Of a stretch of 43,345 nt of DNA, positions 1 to 11,240 are shown in pieces (position 1 is the first letter of the stretch; every line of letters starts with the position of its first letter). Source of the stretch: Macrostomum lignano (taxonomy: Eukaryota); NCBI GenBank assembly GCA_002269645.1, contig NIVC01004524.1:1-43345 (forward strand), written 5' to 3'. The position numbers and the translations under genes are program-made. The notes beneath the pieces are model-generated. The model was not told the DNA's origin. It made no database searches and worked only from the letters and a program-made list of their open reading frames with translations.

Positions 1-29
1 TTAGATGGAAGAGCTGCGGAATGAACAGG
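1..29 (-). CDS. PARP4: PARP4 putative last coding exon (SCSFRSSSI*)
   Basis: TAG acceptor at 32-30 in phase with the donor at 104 gives a TAA at 3-1. The alternative CAG acceptor at 38-36 creates a TAA at the junction itself. The gene could instead continue outside the window. Confidence 0.4.
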
Positions 30-3000
30 CTATTTCTGTACAATTTTTTGTCTAAATAAAAAATCTAACAAGCAATAACATCGAAAAAAAAATCTCAGAC
101 TCACATTTAGCATCAGCTTGCCGCATTTGTGCGGCTTTCCGATTCTGTTTAACAGACAGCACCACCGGGTGCTTGTCGTGAACGCCGGCCAAAAGCAGCG
201 AAGCTTCCAGATCGTCAAACAGCCGAAGAGCTTCTTCGCTCTTTCCGGTGTTTGACAACTCCTGACCATCAATGATACCGTCGGCAATTTGCGCGAGAAT
301 TTCCGCCTAAAAAATTTAGACGAGTCATTATGAGAGTAACTATCCATATTGAGTTCTTTTTAATTCTGCGTCATTATAAAGTTTACTTTACGAGAAGGAA
401 AAATGCCTCGTCAACTCCTTCCTTATAAAGAGGTAAAAAATTGGGACAAATGCCTCGTCATCTAACAAACTCACAAGCCCGTCGCCAGCCTCCTTGATCG
501 GTTCCCAGCCCTGTGTGGCTAAGATATCAACCTTCTCGTCGTCTAGCAAAGTTTGCAATCGGCCAGTCATGTCCGATTCAAATTTTTCGTCCTGTCAGAA
601 ATAGATAGCATTTACAATTAGTATATAACAATACCGGTCAGACAAACCTTAGAGATTTAGTATATTGTGAAAGTGTGCTACTATATCATAAGGATAACGA
701 TTTCATCTACCTTTTCACGATCCTCAACCGCTACGAAGCTGGTAAATTGGCAAGCCACTGAGTAGCGAATCGATAATTGAACCAGGTTGGCCTTCTGCTC
801 CAGTCGCTTCAGCTGTAAATTTGATTGGGTTTGCTAATTTGTCACCTTTGAAATCTCAAATGAGTATACCTATTTTTATAGCTCTCTACCAATACGTTTA
901 TTGTGAACCTAATACGAGAATAACTTCAGTGGTGAACGCATCTGACTTTCGCACCAAAGACCCCAGGTTCGATTATGTGCGCGACCGCACATCACGCCAA
1001 CAACACAAGAGCCAACCACGGGGGTCAGAACTGCTTGGCTCTTTAAATGACTGCATGTCGCCATGAGTTGCGACAGTTTCTCAAGTCAGAACTTCATTTA
1101 TATTAAATCATCTTTTCTTAGAAACTCTCCGATTTAACTCTACCGACTTTTCCGACTTTTTAGTTACCTGATGCAGAGCCGGATCGGTATCCAAGCTGCC
1201 AGCCTCCCAGTCGGCAATGAGGCTCCTAGCAGCCAGGGCGTGCACCATGGAGCCGGTGGTAAAGCATAGCTCGCTAGTGAACACCGTGCAGCTGACTCGA
1301 CAGTCGCCAGCTTTGGCATGCAGTGTCGCTCGTTGACATCCGCGACCTTCGCGCGGCATCAAGCCATAGACAATCAAGCGCTGACCGTTGAACAGAGCCG
1401 ACGGACAAGCAGGCGCTTGGCGCACTACAGACAACTCCTGACTGTCACTGTTGTCATCATCGTCGTCAAGATGCCACTCAACGCTGAGCTCGGTAAGCGC
1501 CGGCGCGGTGAGCCGAGCAATCAGCTCGTCGGCCAATGCAGACCATTTTGAACGTCTGGCCGGGTCGAAAAATTCCACGGAACCGCCGGAACCGGCAGCT
1601 CCGGCCAGCGATCGGAGCCGGTGCCGGTCTGGCGAGGGTCCAACCGAGCAGGCCAGCAAACGCAGGTGCTTGTTAGCACCTGAAGCGGCGACAGCCAGTG
1701 TAGCCTCTTTCGCTTCGTAGTGTCCGTCAGAAATCAGCAGCACCGCGTGCGGTCCGAATTCGCGCAGTTGAGCCAGGTAAGCCAGGTAATTAGAAAGATT
1801 TGTGCCACCCATATTGGGTTTTGAGGCTCGGATGAATTCTAGACAGCGATTCTGGACGCTTTTCCTGGAAAATTTATAACTCGTGAAGTCAGCAAATGGA
1901 ATTTTTGCAGTTTAAAAGACACCAAGAACGAAAATTTAAATGCACCTTTTTAATAGATGCAGTGAACACTATATTAACGAAAAATGGTCCTTTTAGAAAA
2001 AATGCTATATGCTATTTAAAAATGGTACGCTTGAATGTTAAACTCGGAGTTTACAACATTTGACCGCCGACCCAATAGCCCAGACCCTAATCTGAATTGT
2101 CGGCAGTCAGGATTGTCTTTTTACCACATATTTAAAGAAATCTAGTTACTTTATAGCGCAAATTTAAAATGAATTTTATCAGATATCAAGAGTCTTTACT
2201 GTTTACTCTTTATGTACTCTTTAACGTATTGTACTTCCTGCTTTCAAAGCAAACAGAGATCGGTCTTAATGATTGTGGGAAGTATAGTTTCAAATGTCGG
2301 TTTTTCGTTTACAAAATACAAGGTCAAAACACAATATTTTTAGATTTATCAAAGAAAGTTGCTTCCAAGACAGAAACTATAGTGTAAAAAAGGAGTGAAA
2401 GAGGGGGGGGGCGTAGCCCAGTGGTCTAACGCAGCGGTCTGATGTGTCAGCGGCCCATGCTCGAGTTCAAGTGCAGTCACATTTATTTTAGGGCTCAATT
2501 GAAATCTCGGCTTGGCTCTGCTCGTGCAATTAACGCCCTTGAGGCCCAACCCCGAAGCACAGTGAACTTACATGCCTAACGATAAATAAAGATAATTCTC
2601 ACCTGCCGACCGGCTGTGGCAGCGCAAAGCAATCCTCGAACTGCGATCCGAACCGAGCCACGTTGACTCGAGTCCGCGCCGGCAGATGCCGCAACAGCAG
2701 CGCCGCCAGCCGCCTGGCGTCCACGCTTGGCTCGCCAGCCATTGAGCGGCTGCAATCTAACGCCAGGGTGACAACTCCGGAGCAATCCGAGGACGCTGAC
2801 GATTCGAACTCTGGGTAGAAGCACACCATCAGAGCGTCGGGACCGCTGGATTGCAGCGAGTCGTCGGGCCGTTCGACCCACAGTCGGGGCGCGTTTATCT
2901 CGGCTAGGGACACCTCGAGGCGGAAGCCAAGCTCGCCGAGAGTCTGCTGTTGGCCCGGTGCCAGGCGAACAACCGAACAGGTCTCCGTGCGCTTCACCTG

Positions 3001-5643
3001 TTTGCAGCATTCAGAAACTCACAGTTCTAGTTGCGCTAGAGCTCAGTTATTTAAACTTATACTAGTAGCATTCATATTGATTTTTAGTTACTTTTTCCAA
3101 CACCTCTACCAACTAACGACAACAAAAATGAATCTCCCTGTCCCCCACTCTCTCCCTATCCCTCCCCCACTCTCTCCCTATCCTTCCCCACTCTCTCCCT
3201 ATCCTTCCCCACTCTCTCCCTATCCCTCCCCCACTCTCTCCCTATCCCTCCCCCACTCTCTCCCTATCCCTCCCCCACTCTCTCCCTATCCTTCCCCACT
3301 CTCTCCCTATCCCTCCCCCACTCTCTCCCTATCCTTCCCCCACTCTCTCCCTATCCCTCCCCACTCTCTCCCTATCCTTCCTCCACTCTCTCACCATCCC
3401 TCCCCCACTCTCTCCCTATCCTTCCCCCACTCTCTCCCTATCCCTCTCCCACTCTCTCCCTATCCCTCTCCCACTCTCTCCCTATCCCTCCCCCACTCTC
3501 TCCCTATCCCTCTCCCACTCTCTCCCTATCCCTCCCCCACTCTCTCCCTATCCCTCTCCCACTCTCTCCCTATCCCTCTCCCACTCTCTCCCTATCCCTC
3601 CCCACTCTCATCCCTCTCTTCCTATCCCTCCCCAACTCTCATCCCTCTCCCTATTCTCCCCTACTCTAACCCCTCTCTCTCCCTATCCTTATCTACTCTC
3701 ATCCCTCTCCCTCCCTATTTTCAGCACTCTCACCCCTCTCTTCTCCTATCCCTCCCCCACAATCATCCCTTTCTCCCTGTCCATCACCCTCTCACCCCTC
3801 TAACTCCGCATCCATCACCCTCTCACCCGCCCTGTGCTTCTCGCTCTTTTTTGCTAACAACTTTTTGCGCAGATTTGTAAAAAGCACCTGAAAAGTTTAA
3901 AATTTAAACCTGAATCTCATGCGTTGGTGATATTAATCCCCTGATAGGATATGGCATCCTCAGACCGGCCTCCAGACTGAAAGCTCCAACTGGTCGTCTC
4001 ACGGCGGCCGTGTCTGTCACCTGCTGCAGGCTGTCATCAGCCGCTGAGGCCGTCTGCCAGGGCGCCGCGCTGCCGGGCAAGCCGAAGATCACCGCCTCGC
4101 CGCTTGGCTTCAACTCGCAGACGTAGCGAATTTTAATCAAAGCCGCCGTCCTTGCCGGCAGGTTGCCAATGGAAACGGTGAACACGTCGGGACTTTCGGC
4201 GGCCTGCTCCATCAGGTAGGCGCCTTTGCCGGCTGACACGGCTTCGCGATACTCGCGCCTGGCTTTCTCCTTCTCCTTGACAACTCCGACTACTCGTTTG
4301 GCGCCGATGTAGGCTTCGAAACCGCACACCGCGGCGCCTTCGCTCAGGGGAAACACGTAGCGAGCCTCCACAGGTGAGCTGCCAGTGTTGAAGAACTCTT
4401 GGAGCAGGACCACCTGGGCGGTTGCAGAGAGAGGGAGGGGTGCAGGGGTCCGCAAACTCCGGCCCGCAAAGCCTCTCTATCCGGCCCTCGGTTCTTTGAA
4501 ACTTCACAATAGCAATCCAACCCGATCAAGGTTTGAGTCTCTTCTCAGGTCTCTCTCTCCCCCCTCTTCTACCTTTTCTCTTCTCTCCGCTCCGCTTCTC
4601 TCTACTCATCTCCCTTCTCTTCTCGTTCGTCTTCCCTCTCCTTGTTCCCTTCAATTCTATCATATCATCTGACCTGCAGTAATGATCAAAACTCTTCATC
4701 TGGCGATTAGAAACTGAGGGCCGATGTACACCTGTGTGAGCCTGCGTACAGTATCCGCAGGAGTCAGGGGCGATGGCTGCAGGCCAGTGTCACCGATTGC
4801 GTTGGATAATTGTTTATTATTCCTCAATGTTGCCACAACCTTTTCTACACTTATTATCCAACTGTCAAAACTGTGGCTAAAATATTTTTTATTCTTACCT
4901 GAGCCACCAAGTCCACCAGGTTGGCGCGCACGTGCACCGAACGCAACGGCATTGGAGGTCCGCCCGAGTCGCTTAGCAACCCAAACTTTTGATCCGCAAT
5001 TCGAATATTCAACTCCAGATCGGTCAAATCCTCCACCTCGTCGTCTGATTCTTCATCATCAGGGATGCTGCACTGTTCCATCGTTGCCAGATTATCCATA
5101 GGCCGATCGCCGTCCAAATAGAACTCCACAATGTACTCGAGCTTCTGCTGGGCCGAATCAAACACTGCGAACTCGCGATCGCTGAAGCCATTGTCATCAT
5201 CAGCGTTGTTGGCTCCCGTCGAGATTGGAATCGACTCGACGCTCTGACAGTCAGCGGAGGTTGGTGAGCAGGCGGCGGCAGGCAGCGGCTGAGACACCCG
5301 CTGCACCCGGCCCAGGGCGACCGAGCACACCAGAGCCACGCGGCAGCCCAGGCCGGAGCCGTCGGCGCGGGGAGGCTCCGAATATTTGGCGGCCACCTCG
5401 ATGTTGTCGGCGAAGTAGATCCCGCGGCCGAGCTTGCCTGCGTGTCGGCGGTGCAGCAGCTGCTGGCCGGCTGGCAGGCGAGGCGGCAGGAGGCCTCTGC
5501 GAGGGGTTATCATTCAGGATTTTAGGGACTCAAGACGGAGTTTGGTAGAGAGCTAAAAGCGCTGTACAAGAGCGCTAAGATAGACAGACAGACACACAGA
5601 CACACAGACAGACACACACAGACAAACAGACAGACAGACACAC

Positions 5644-5732
<89 letters not shown>

Positions 5733-5753
5733 TAGACAGACAGACAGACAGAC

Positions 5754-5850
<97 letters not shown>

Positions 5851-5861
5851 CTAAGACACTA

Positions 5862-5902
<41 letters not shown>

Positions 5903-5913
5903 CTAAGACACTA

Positions 5914-5954
<41 letters not shown>

Positions 5955-6029
5955 CTCTGACAGACAGACAGACACACAGACAGACAGACACACACACAGA
6001 CAGACAGACAGACAGGCAGACAGACAGGC

Positions 6030-6097
<68 letters not shown>

Positions 6098-9000
6098 TGA
6101 CTGACAGACAGAATCCCAACACTGTTGTGAATGCAGGGGAGCGCTTCAAACTATCTATTACTACAAGCAGTACCGCCAGGCGCCATCTCACCTAGACAAA
6201 ATGCCCACCAGATTCCTGCCAGACGAGCCATGAAACAGCAGCCGCACGTTTCCCAAATCTCGTCGAAAAACGGCGGCCTCTTCGCGTCGACCGACGGAGA
6301 AAATCCGGCGAACATTGGCGCCGGAGCCGATGCTGGATTCGTCGATTAATCGACGAACGACGGCCTCCTCGTCTGGGTCGGCCCGCTGGACAAATGCTTT
6401 GAGTGCGCGGCGCTTCACCGAGGCTGGGGGTGACGGGCGCCAATTCGAGGCCTCCGTCACAGATAGAAGGTCGCGCATCAGCTGGGAGAAAGTCGATTGA
6501 TTGATCGGGGATTCACTCATTAGTTGATTGGTTGAATGACTGACTGTCTGACTGATTGAATGTTGATTGATTGATTGATTGATTGATTGACTGATTGAAT
6601 GTTGATTGATTGATTGATTGATTGACTGATTGAATGTTGATTGATTGATTGATGGATTGACTGATTGAATGTTGATTGATTGATTGATTGATTGACTGAT
6701 TGAATGTTGATTGATTGATTGATGGATTGACTGATTGAATGTTGATTGATTGATTGATGGATTGACTGATTGAATGTTGATTGATTGATTGATTGACTAA
6801 CTTATTGAATGTTGATTGACTGATTGACTGTTTGAATGTTGATTGATTGATGGATTGATTGACTTATTGTTGATTGTTTGACTGATTACTTGATTGACTG
6901 ATTGATATTAACGGTTTGATTGATTGATTGATTGATTGGTTTATTTCTTGATTAACAGGTGCCAGTATTATTATGTAGCCATTAGCGAATATACATGTAG
7001 AAGGGATATGTATTGGTTTAAAAGTGATAAAAACCAAAGGCTAGAAGACTGGTTTTTACCATTTTTATTGTTTTTTTCTTTACTTTGCATTAGACACTTG
7101 AATACTACAATTCTAACTCTTTATAGATGCCATAAAATCATAAAAGCTCGATGCTTCATACTAAATAATAAGTAAGTAGCTTATTATATTCTTTTCTTAC
7201 AGCAGGGCACCTAAATGCACAAATCAGAGTGATTAGTGTACATAGTTTAGGTGCACAGAGTATCCTTTTAATAAAAATACAAATCAATTAAACTGATATA
7301 CAATTATTCTTAGGCGATCATACTGCACTACTGTCAGTAAGCGAATATGGAAATAGATAATAAAATCGCCTACCAAGCAGACATCTGCGGCCAATCCGAA
7401 TTTATAAGCCGAGTCCAGGCACCCGCCGCCACCGCTGCCGCATTTCAAAGCCGATTGAAACTGCTGGCAGAGCGAGTGCGAGTGATAATCCGGCTTGCCT
7501 GCGCTCTGCTGCTGGTACTGCATCAGGACGCCTTCGGCTAGGTCCACCTGTCGGGTGTGTTGCAGTTTTATTCGCCACATATAACTTTTTTATACTTATA
7601 AGCCACTCTCTTCAGCACTCGACTAAAGCGTGCAACCCTCTCCAAGTATTTAACTAAAGCGTGCAACCCTCTCCAAGTATTTAACTAAAGCGTGCAACCC
7701 TCTCCAACACTTAATTAAAGCGTGCAACCCTCTGCAGTACTTGGTCTAATGCACGCAAGCGTACTAAGCCCACACAAATAATGTACAGATTTATTTAAAA
7801 AGTACACAAAAAACTTTGCTTACATCGTCAATGGTGCAGCTCCGGCTCTGCATCAGGTGGCCCAGCCAACCCTTGCCACCCGCGCCTATGCTTTGAGAGG
7901 CTTGGCCCAGGAATTCCAGAGCCTCCTGCCAGCAGGCCTCAACGAACTGGTCTTCGCCGGAGTTCAACAGGCTGGGAGCAACTTGAGTCAGCGCCTGCGA
8001 GTGTTGGCCGGTATGGGATCGGGTATTGTGAGGAGTTTTTGCCTCACTGATGTCTCACTGCTCTCTCCACACACTGGCATCTGTCCGCATTTCACACACT
8101 ACATGCTGCAGTCTTCCCACATGCTGCAGTCTCCCCACCCGTTGCAGTCTTCCCACCCGTTGCAGTCTTCCCACACGCTGAGGTCTCCCCACACGCTGAG
8201 GTCTCCCTACACGCTGCAGTCTCCCCACCGGTTGCAGTCTTCCCACACGCTGCAGTCTTCCCACACGCTGCAGTCTCCCCACCCGTTGCAGTCTTCCCAC
8301 ACGCTGAGGTCTCCCCACACACTGAGATCTCCCAACACACTGCAGTCTCCCCACACACTGAGGTCTCCCCACACGCTGACGTCTCCCCACACGCTGCAGT
8401 CTCCCCACCCGTTGCAGTCTTCCCACCCGCTGCAGTCTTCCCACACGCTGCAGTCTCCCCACACGCTGAGGTCTCCCCACACACTGAGATCTCCAAACAC
8501 ACTGAGATCTCCCAACACACTGAGATCTCCCAACACACTGCAGTCTCCCCACACGCTGAGGTCTCCCCACCTGTTGCAGTCTCCCCACACGCTGGAGTCT
8601 GTCTACATGCTGCAGTCTTCATACAGAAGTCCCACCGCACCACATCGTGGGTTCCCACGCCCAAGCCCCATCCCATACGCTAACTAACCTCTCTAAGCTG
8701 GTTCGAGCAGGATCGGAACAGCGAAACTGGCAGGTCTCGGACGCGACTCAGCGGACACCATTTAGTCGAAGCAGGAGCTGAAGTCGTCGGCCCCAGACTG
8801 CCGCCGCTACCGTACGAATCGGACAGATGAGCCAGCACATTCAGCGCGTTGGGAGCGTCCGGTATCACCCGCATGGACACGGGAACAAAGACCTGCGAGA
8901 TATGATAATAATCAAAATAGTAACTATAATAGTAATTAATTAGGATGCAGTACAGCAAAAGTACAAATGTACTTCAAGCTTAATGTTCGAACTAAAATAC

Positions 9001-11240
9001 ACGTGCGCCCTAAATTATTCTAAGTACATTTAGCTTAAAAGTACAAACGCACATAGAAAGTGCATGTGTACTTTTAGAAAAATTAATAACTAAAAGAACC
9101 AATCGATACCTACCTCGCTTCCCTTGCTAGCATAGACAATGTACTGATTCTGTCCATCTATTTCGCCCGTGTACAGCTCCAACAGGCTGTAAGTCGCATT
9201 CTGAAATAATGAAATTCAATTCATAAATATAATTGTAGTTCACAGAGCAAGGTAGAGCTTCTAACAAATCTCTGCTGACCTTGACAAAAATGGCGAACCG
9301 CAGCAGCTCGAATCGATCTGTTGGCGGTGATATCTTACTCGCCTCCGGAAAGTTGCTAACGTTTTGAACTCGAAATGACGGCGTGTCCGATTTCTCGGGC
9401 ACTGATAGAATATTAAAATAGGCTTCCATTGCGAAATTTGAAAAAAGTGTTTAGAAAAAGACACGGCAAGTTTCCTTTATTTTAACTGTATCCAAAAATT
9501 GATCCCTAAGTGCCGTTTTTATAAACGTGTGTCCAAGAGGGCCGTTCTATGAAAGTGTCACCAAAGGGGCCGTTTTATAGAAGTGTCCCCAAAAGGAACG
9601 TTTATAATATTGTCGCCAAGGGGAAGTTTTTAATTTAAAAAATCAACTCCGATAAGGAACCTCTGAAGCCTAAATGATATGAATCATTCAGTATTACATT
9701 TGAAATCTCAAATCAAAAATAGTCTATAACCAAAAGACGAGTTCTCCCTAGACAAAATTGCTTCTGGTGACTCACCCCTAACGGCTCCTTTCTCAAACAG
9801 TTCGCTGGCCGATTTTCCAGCCGCCAGGAATTCGTCAGTTCCAATCGGACGACCAGCGGCTAAGCAGGCGTCGAGAAATCCGATTCGAACCACGGGCTTG
9901 CCAAGGCTGAGCGCCTGTCGAACTTTTGAGCACTGCAGGTCGACACCGTCGGATACCAGTAGGTAGTCAATCTGGTGAGTAGAAGGCAGGGAAAATCTGT
10001 TCAGCACTTTGATTCCCAACCCTGCCAGCCAATCAGCGCACTGTCTTGTGTACACTGGCTGAGCCTTATCTAATATTAGCCAGCCAATCAGCGCACTGCT
10101 TGGTGTACACTGTCTGAACCTTATCTAATATCAGCCAGCCAATCAGTGCACTGCTTGGTGTACACTGGCTGAGCCTTATCTAATATCAGCCAGCCAATCA
10201 GCGCACGGCTTGGTGTACACTGGCTGAGACTTATCTAATCTCAGCCAGCCAATGAGTGCACTGCCTGGTGTACACTGGCTGAGCCTTATCTAATCTCAGC
10301 CAGCCAATGAGTGCACTGCCTGGTGTACACTGGCTGAGCCTTATCTAATCTCAGCCAGCCAATGAGTGCACTGCTTGGTGTACACTGGCTGAGCCTTATC
10401 TGATCTCAGCCAGCCAATCAGCGCACTGCCTAGTTTACACTGTCTGAAACATTCCATATTATAATACCACAGCGAATTACCTTCCTAGTGACAATGCAGG
10501 ACACAATGCCGCCATTGGTCATGATTAATCGTCGATAATTCTGCTTGTCTTTGGGCCGAACGCCGCTGTCCAACAATAGCGCGAATTGAAGGCTATTCAG
10601 TGGACCAGACGCTTGCAAAGGTGGAGCCTGAGCAGTTGAAGCAGTAGCCTCACCTGAGACTGAGCTGGGCACGCCAATATTCTTGAGTGTTGGGAACAAG
10701 ATTAAGAGGCTAATAGTTAATTTGAGCATTCTCATTGGATAGATATCCAAATAAAGGTAACTGAAAATAATTCTCTCACCAGCGATAGAGGAAGAGGCTT
10801 TGCAGCAGAACTAATGCTTGGCTTGGTCAGCGAGTGCAACTTTGCTGTTGATGGAAGCAGAGATGGCAATGCATATATACTAGGAAATTTTAAATTTCAT
10901 AATAAACCAGACTATTCTAAAGAGAGATTTAGGGCCCAACAGTTTGGGATATTTTTAGCCAATCCTACAAAACAGCCAATGCTTTAGTGTTGCGTGGTTG
11001 CAAAATTGTAAGTAATATTAATAATATCTTACTTGACTGCATTTGTGGCTGGCATTTTGACAAGGCAGACATAACTAGCTTTGTTGAGTTGTTGTCAGCG
11101 CCAATCACTGGCTTTGGTTTTGAAGCATCCTTTCTAATTGAAGACACCTGCAGCTCTGTGGCCTGATTAGACTTAAAAGTGTCATGGCTTTGGGTTGTTG
11201 TAGGAGCCAGAAATTGGAAAACTGGATGCAATTCAGGCAT
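1..11240 (-). CDS. PARP4: PARP4 / vault poly(ADP-ribose) polymerase-like protein, multi-exon gene (~1393 aa model)
   Basis: Phase-consistent GT-AG exon chain on the minus strand: 11240-11033 (tentative), 10653-10481, 9971-9776, 9401-9280, 8892-8689, 7994-7824, 7547-7374, 6481-6192, 5496-4899, 4413-3910, 2997-2603, 1864-1168, 812-711, 591-475, 306-105, 29-1 (tentative). The total of 4182 nt is a multiple of 3. Domain order BRCT - WGR-like/helical - ART - VIT - VWA is diagnostic of PARP4. Confidence 0.93.
105..306 (-). CDS. PARP4: PARP4 exon encoding a TPR-like helical segment
   Basis: TTTTTAG acceptor at 309-307 and GTGAGT donor at 104. Open phase-0 translation: [67 protein letters not shown]. 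Confidence 0.7.
475..591 (-). CDS. PARP4: PARP4 exon (post-VWA region)
   Basis: CAG acceptor and GTGAGT donor. [16 protein letters not shown] resembles recalled human PARP4 LIAKEDVDFLPYMSWQ. Confidence 0.85.
711..812 (-). CDS. PARP4: PARP4 exon (ITIH/VWA5A-like C-terminal motif)
   Basis: [34 protein letters not shown] carries the conserved S..YS...QFTSFVAVE motif of VIT-VWA proteins. Canonical splice sites; missed by the ORF track. Confidence 0.9.
1168..1864 (-). CDS. PARP4: PARP4 exon: VWA C-terminal half and downstream region
   Basis: [15 protein letters not shown]...AVLLISDGH supplies the MIDAS T and D. Also [11 protein letters not shown] and [13 protein letters not shown]. Acceptor 1867-1865, donor 1167. 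Confidence 0.92.
2410..2590 (+). mobile_element. tRNA-derived SINE-like element, copy 1
   Basis: A-box TAGCCCAGTGG (2414-2424), B-box-like GAGTTCAAGT (2463-2472), A-rich tail GATAAATAAA. The body recurs at 35791-35923. Confidence 0.65.
2603..2997 (-). CDS. PARP4: PARP4 exon: VWA N-terminal half
   Basis: [24 protein letters not shown] (MIDAS DxSxS), RVNVARFGS. Canonical splice sites. Confidence 0.93.
3135..3720. repeat. CT-rich ~22-24-bp minisatellite (ACTCTCTCCCTATCCCTCCCCC)
   Basis: Tandem units in the PARP4 intron 3909-2998. Confidence 0.9.
3910..4413 (-). CDS. PARP4: PARP4 exon: VIT domain
   Basis: [61 protein letters not shown] is a textbook VIT domain. Confidence 0.95.
4443..4680 (+). 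mobile_element. hAT-like MITE, copy 1 (right end degenerate)
   Basis: Starts CAGGGGTCCGCAAACTCCGGCCCG...AAAGCCTCTCTATCCGGCCCTC, then a CT-rich interior; shared with 26942-27340 and 34280-35190. Confidence 0.65.
4899..5496 (-). CDS. PARP4: PARP4 exon: ART catalytic domain C-terminal part, acidic linker and start of VIT
   Basis: [11 protein letters not shown] (catalytic Y), [18 protein letters not shown] (catalytic E), [14 protein letters not shown]. Confidence 0.95.
5578..6110. repeat. (GACA)n microsatellite
   Basis: Direct reading; PARP4 intron. Confidence 0.97.
6192..6481 (-). CDS. PARP4: PARP4 exon: ART catalytic domain N-terminal part
   Basis: [10 protein letters not shown]...RALK...[28 protein letters not shown] (catalytic H). 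Phase-2 junction AG|A to the next exon. Confidence 0.94.
6520..6940. repeat. (GATT)n / GATTGACTGATTGAATGTT compound repeat
   Basis: Direct reading; abuts the acceptor at 6482. Confidence 0.95.
7374..7547 (-). CDS. PARP4: PARP4 exon: regulatory helical domain
   Basis: VDLAEGVL...QQFQSAL...[10 protein letters not shown] aligns with recalled PARP4 VSKAEGIL...EFYRLIP...KADLCQL. Phase 0/0. Confidence 0.8.
7623..7737. repeat. 31-bp tandem repeat x~4 (CTAAAGCGTGCAACCCTCTCCAAGTATTTAA)
   Basis: Direct reading. Confidence 0.9.
7824..7994 (-). CDS. PARP4: PARP4 exon: helical domain start
   Basis: [26 protein letters not shown]...SCTIDD resembles PARP4 VEMIWAEAL...ISLND. CAG/GTAAGC sites; not in the ORF track. 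Confidence 0.8.
8100..8620. repeat. 18-bp minisatellite (CTGCAGTCTCCCCACACG variants)
   Basis: Produces the LQSPHT / WGDCSV / CGETAA pseudo-ORFs. Confidence 0.95.
8689..8892 (-). CDS. PARP4: PARP4 exon: WGR-like region
   Basis: Open phase 0/0 exon ending CSNQLRE, which joins ALTQ (cf. PARP4 ASEQLQAL). Internal similarity is weak. Confidence 0.65.
9280..9401 (-). CDS. PARP4: PARP4 exon: linker into the WGR-like domain
   Basis: [16 protein letters not shown] resembles PARP4 LPQDFEVAKYNTLEK. Phase 1/0 matches both neighbours. Confidence 0.75.
9505..9635. repeat. Degenerate ~29-bp tandem repeat x~5
   Basis: GTGTC.CCAAAGGGGCCGTTTTATA-like units. Confidence 0.7.
9776..9971 (-). CDS. PARP4: PARP4 exon: BRCT C-terminal half
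   Basis: IDYLLV...[19 protein letters not shown] has the BRCT pattern. CAG acceptor, GTGAGT donor. Confidence 0.85.
10020..10445. repeat. 55-bp palindrome-rich tandem repeat x~7.5 carrying GATA and CCAAT motifs
   Basis: Unit CTGGCTGAGCCTTATCTAATCTCAGCCAGCCAAT(C/G)AGTGCACTGCTTGGTGTACA. Confidence 0.93.
10481..10653 (-). CDS. PARP4: PARP4 exon: BRCT N-terminal half
   Basis: [10 protein letters not shown]...[18 protein letters not shown] has the BRCT NGG turn. GTAATT donor. The acceptor could alternatively be at 10630-10628. Confidence 0.72.
11033..11240 (-). CDS. Tentative PARP4 first coding exon (low-complexity N-terminal extension)
   Basis: ATG at 11240, open frame to a GTAAGA donor at 11032 in phase 1, matching the phase-1 acceptor at 10654. 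No homology support; an extra exon near 10780-10880 is also possible. Confidence 0.35.

Noticed and set aside
2410-2480. tRNA gene
   Set aside because: Has A/B-box-like motifs but no cloverleaf or oligo-T terminator, and continues into a dispersed repeat body; better read as a SINE head.
2987-8687. ORFs 2987-3880, 5522-5851, 5859-6191, 7857-8687, 8055-8588, 8092-8676, 8207-8590
   Set aside because: Translations of intronic micro- and minisatellites, or antisense to real PARP4 exons.
8689-8892. Alternative frame [19 protein letters not shown] resembling the WGR C-terminal helix, hinting at a frameshift
   Set aside because: That frame contains stops, while the main frame is open and phase-matched on both sides.
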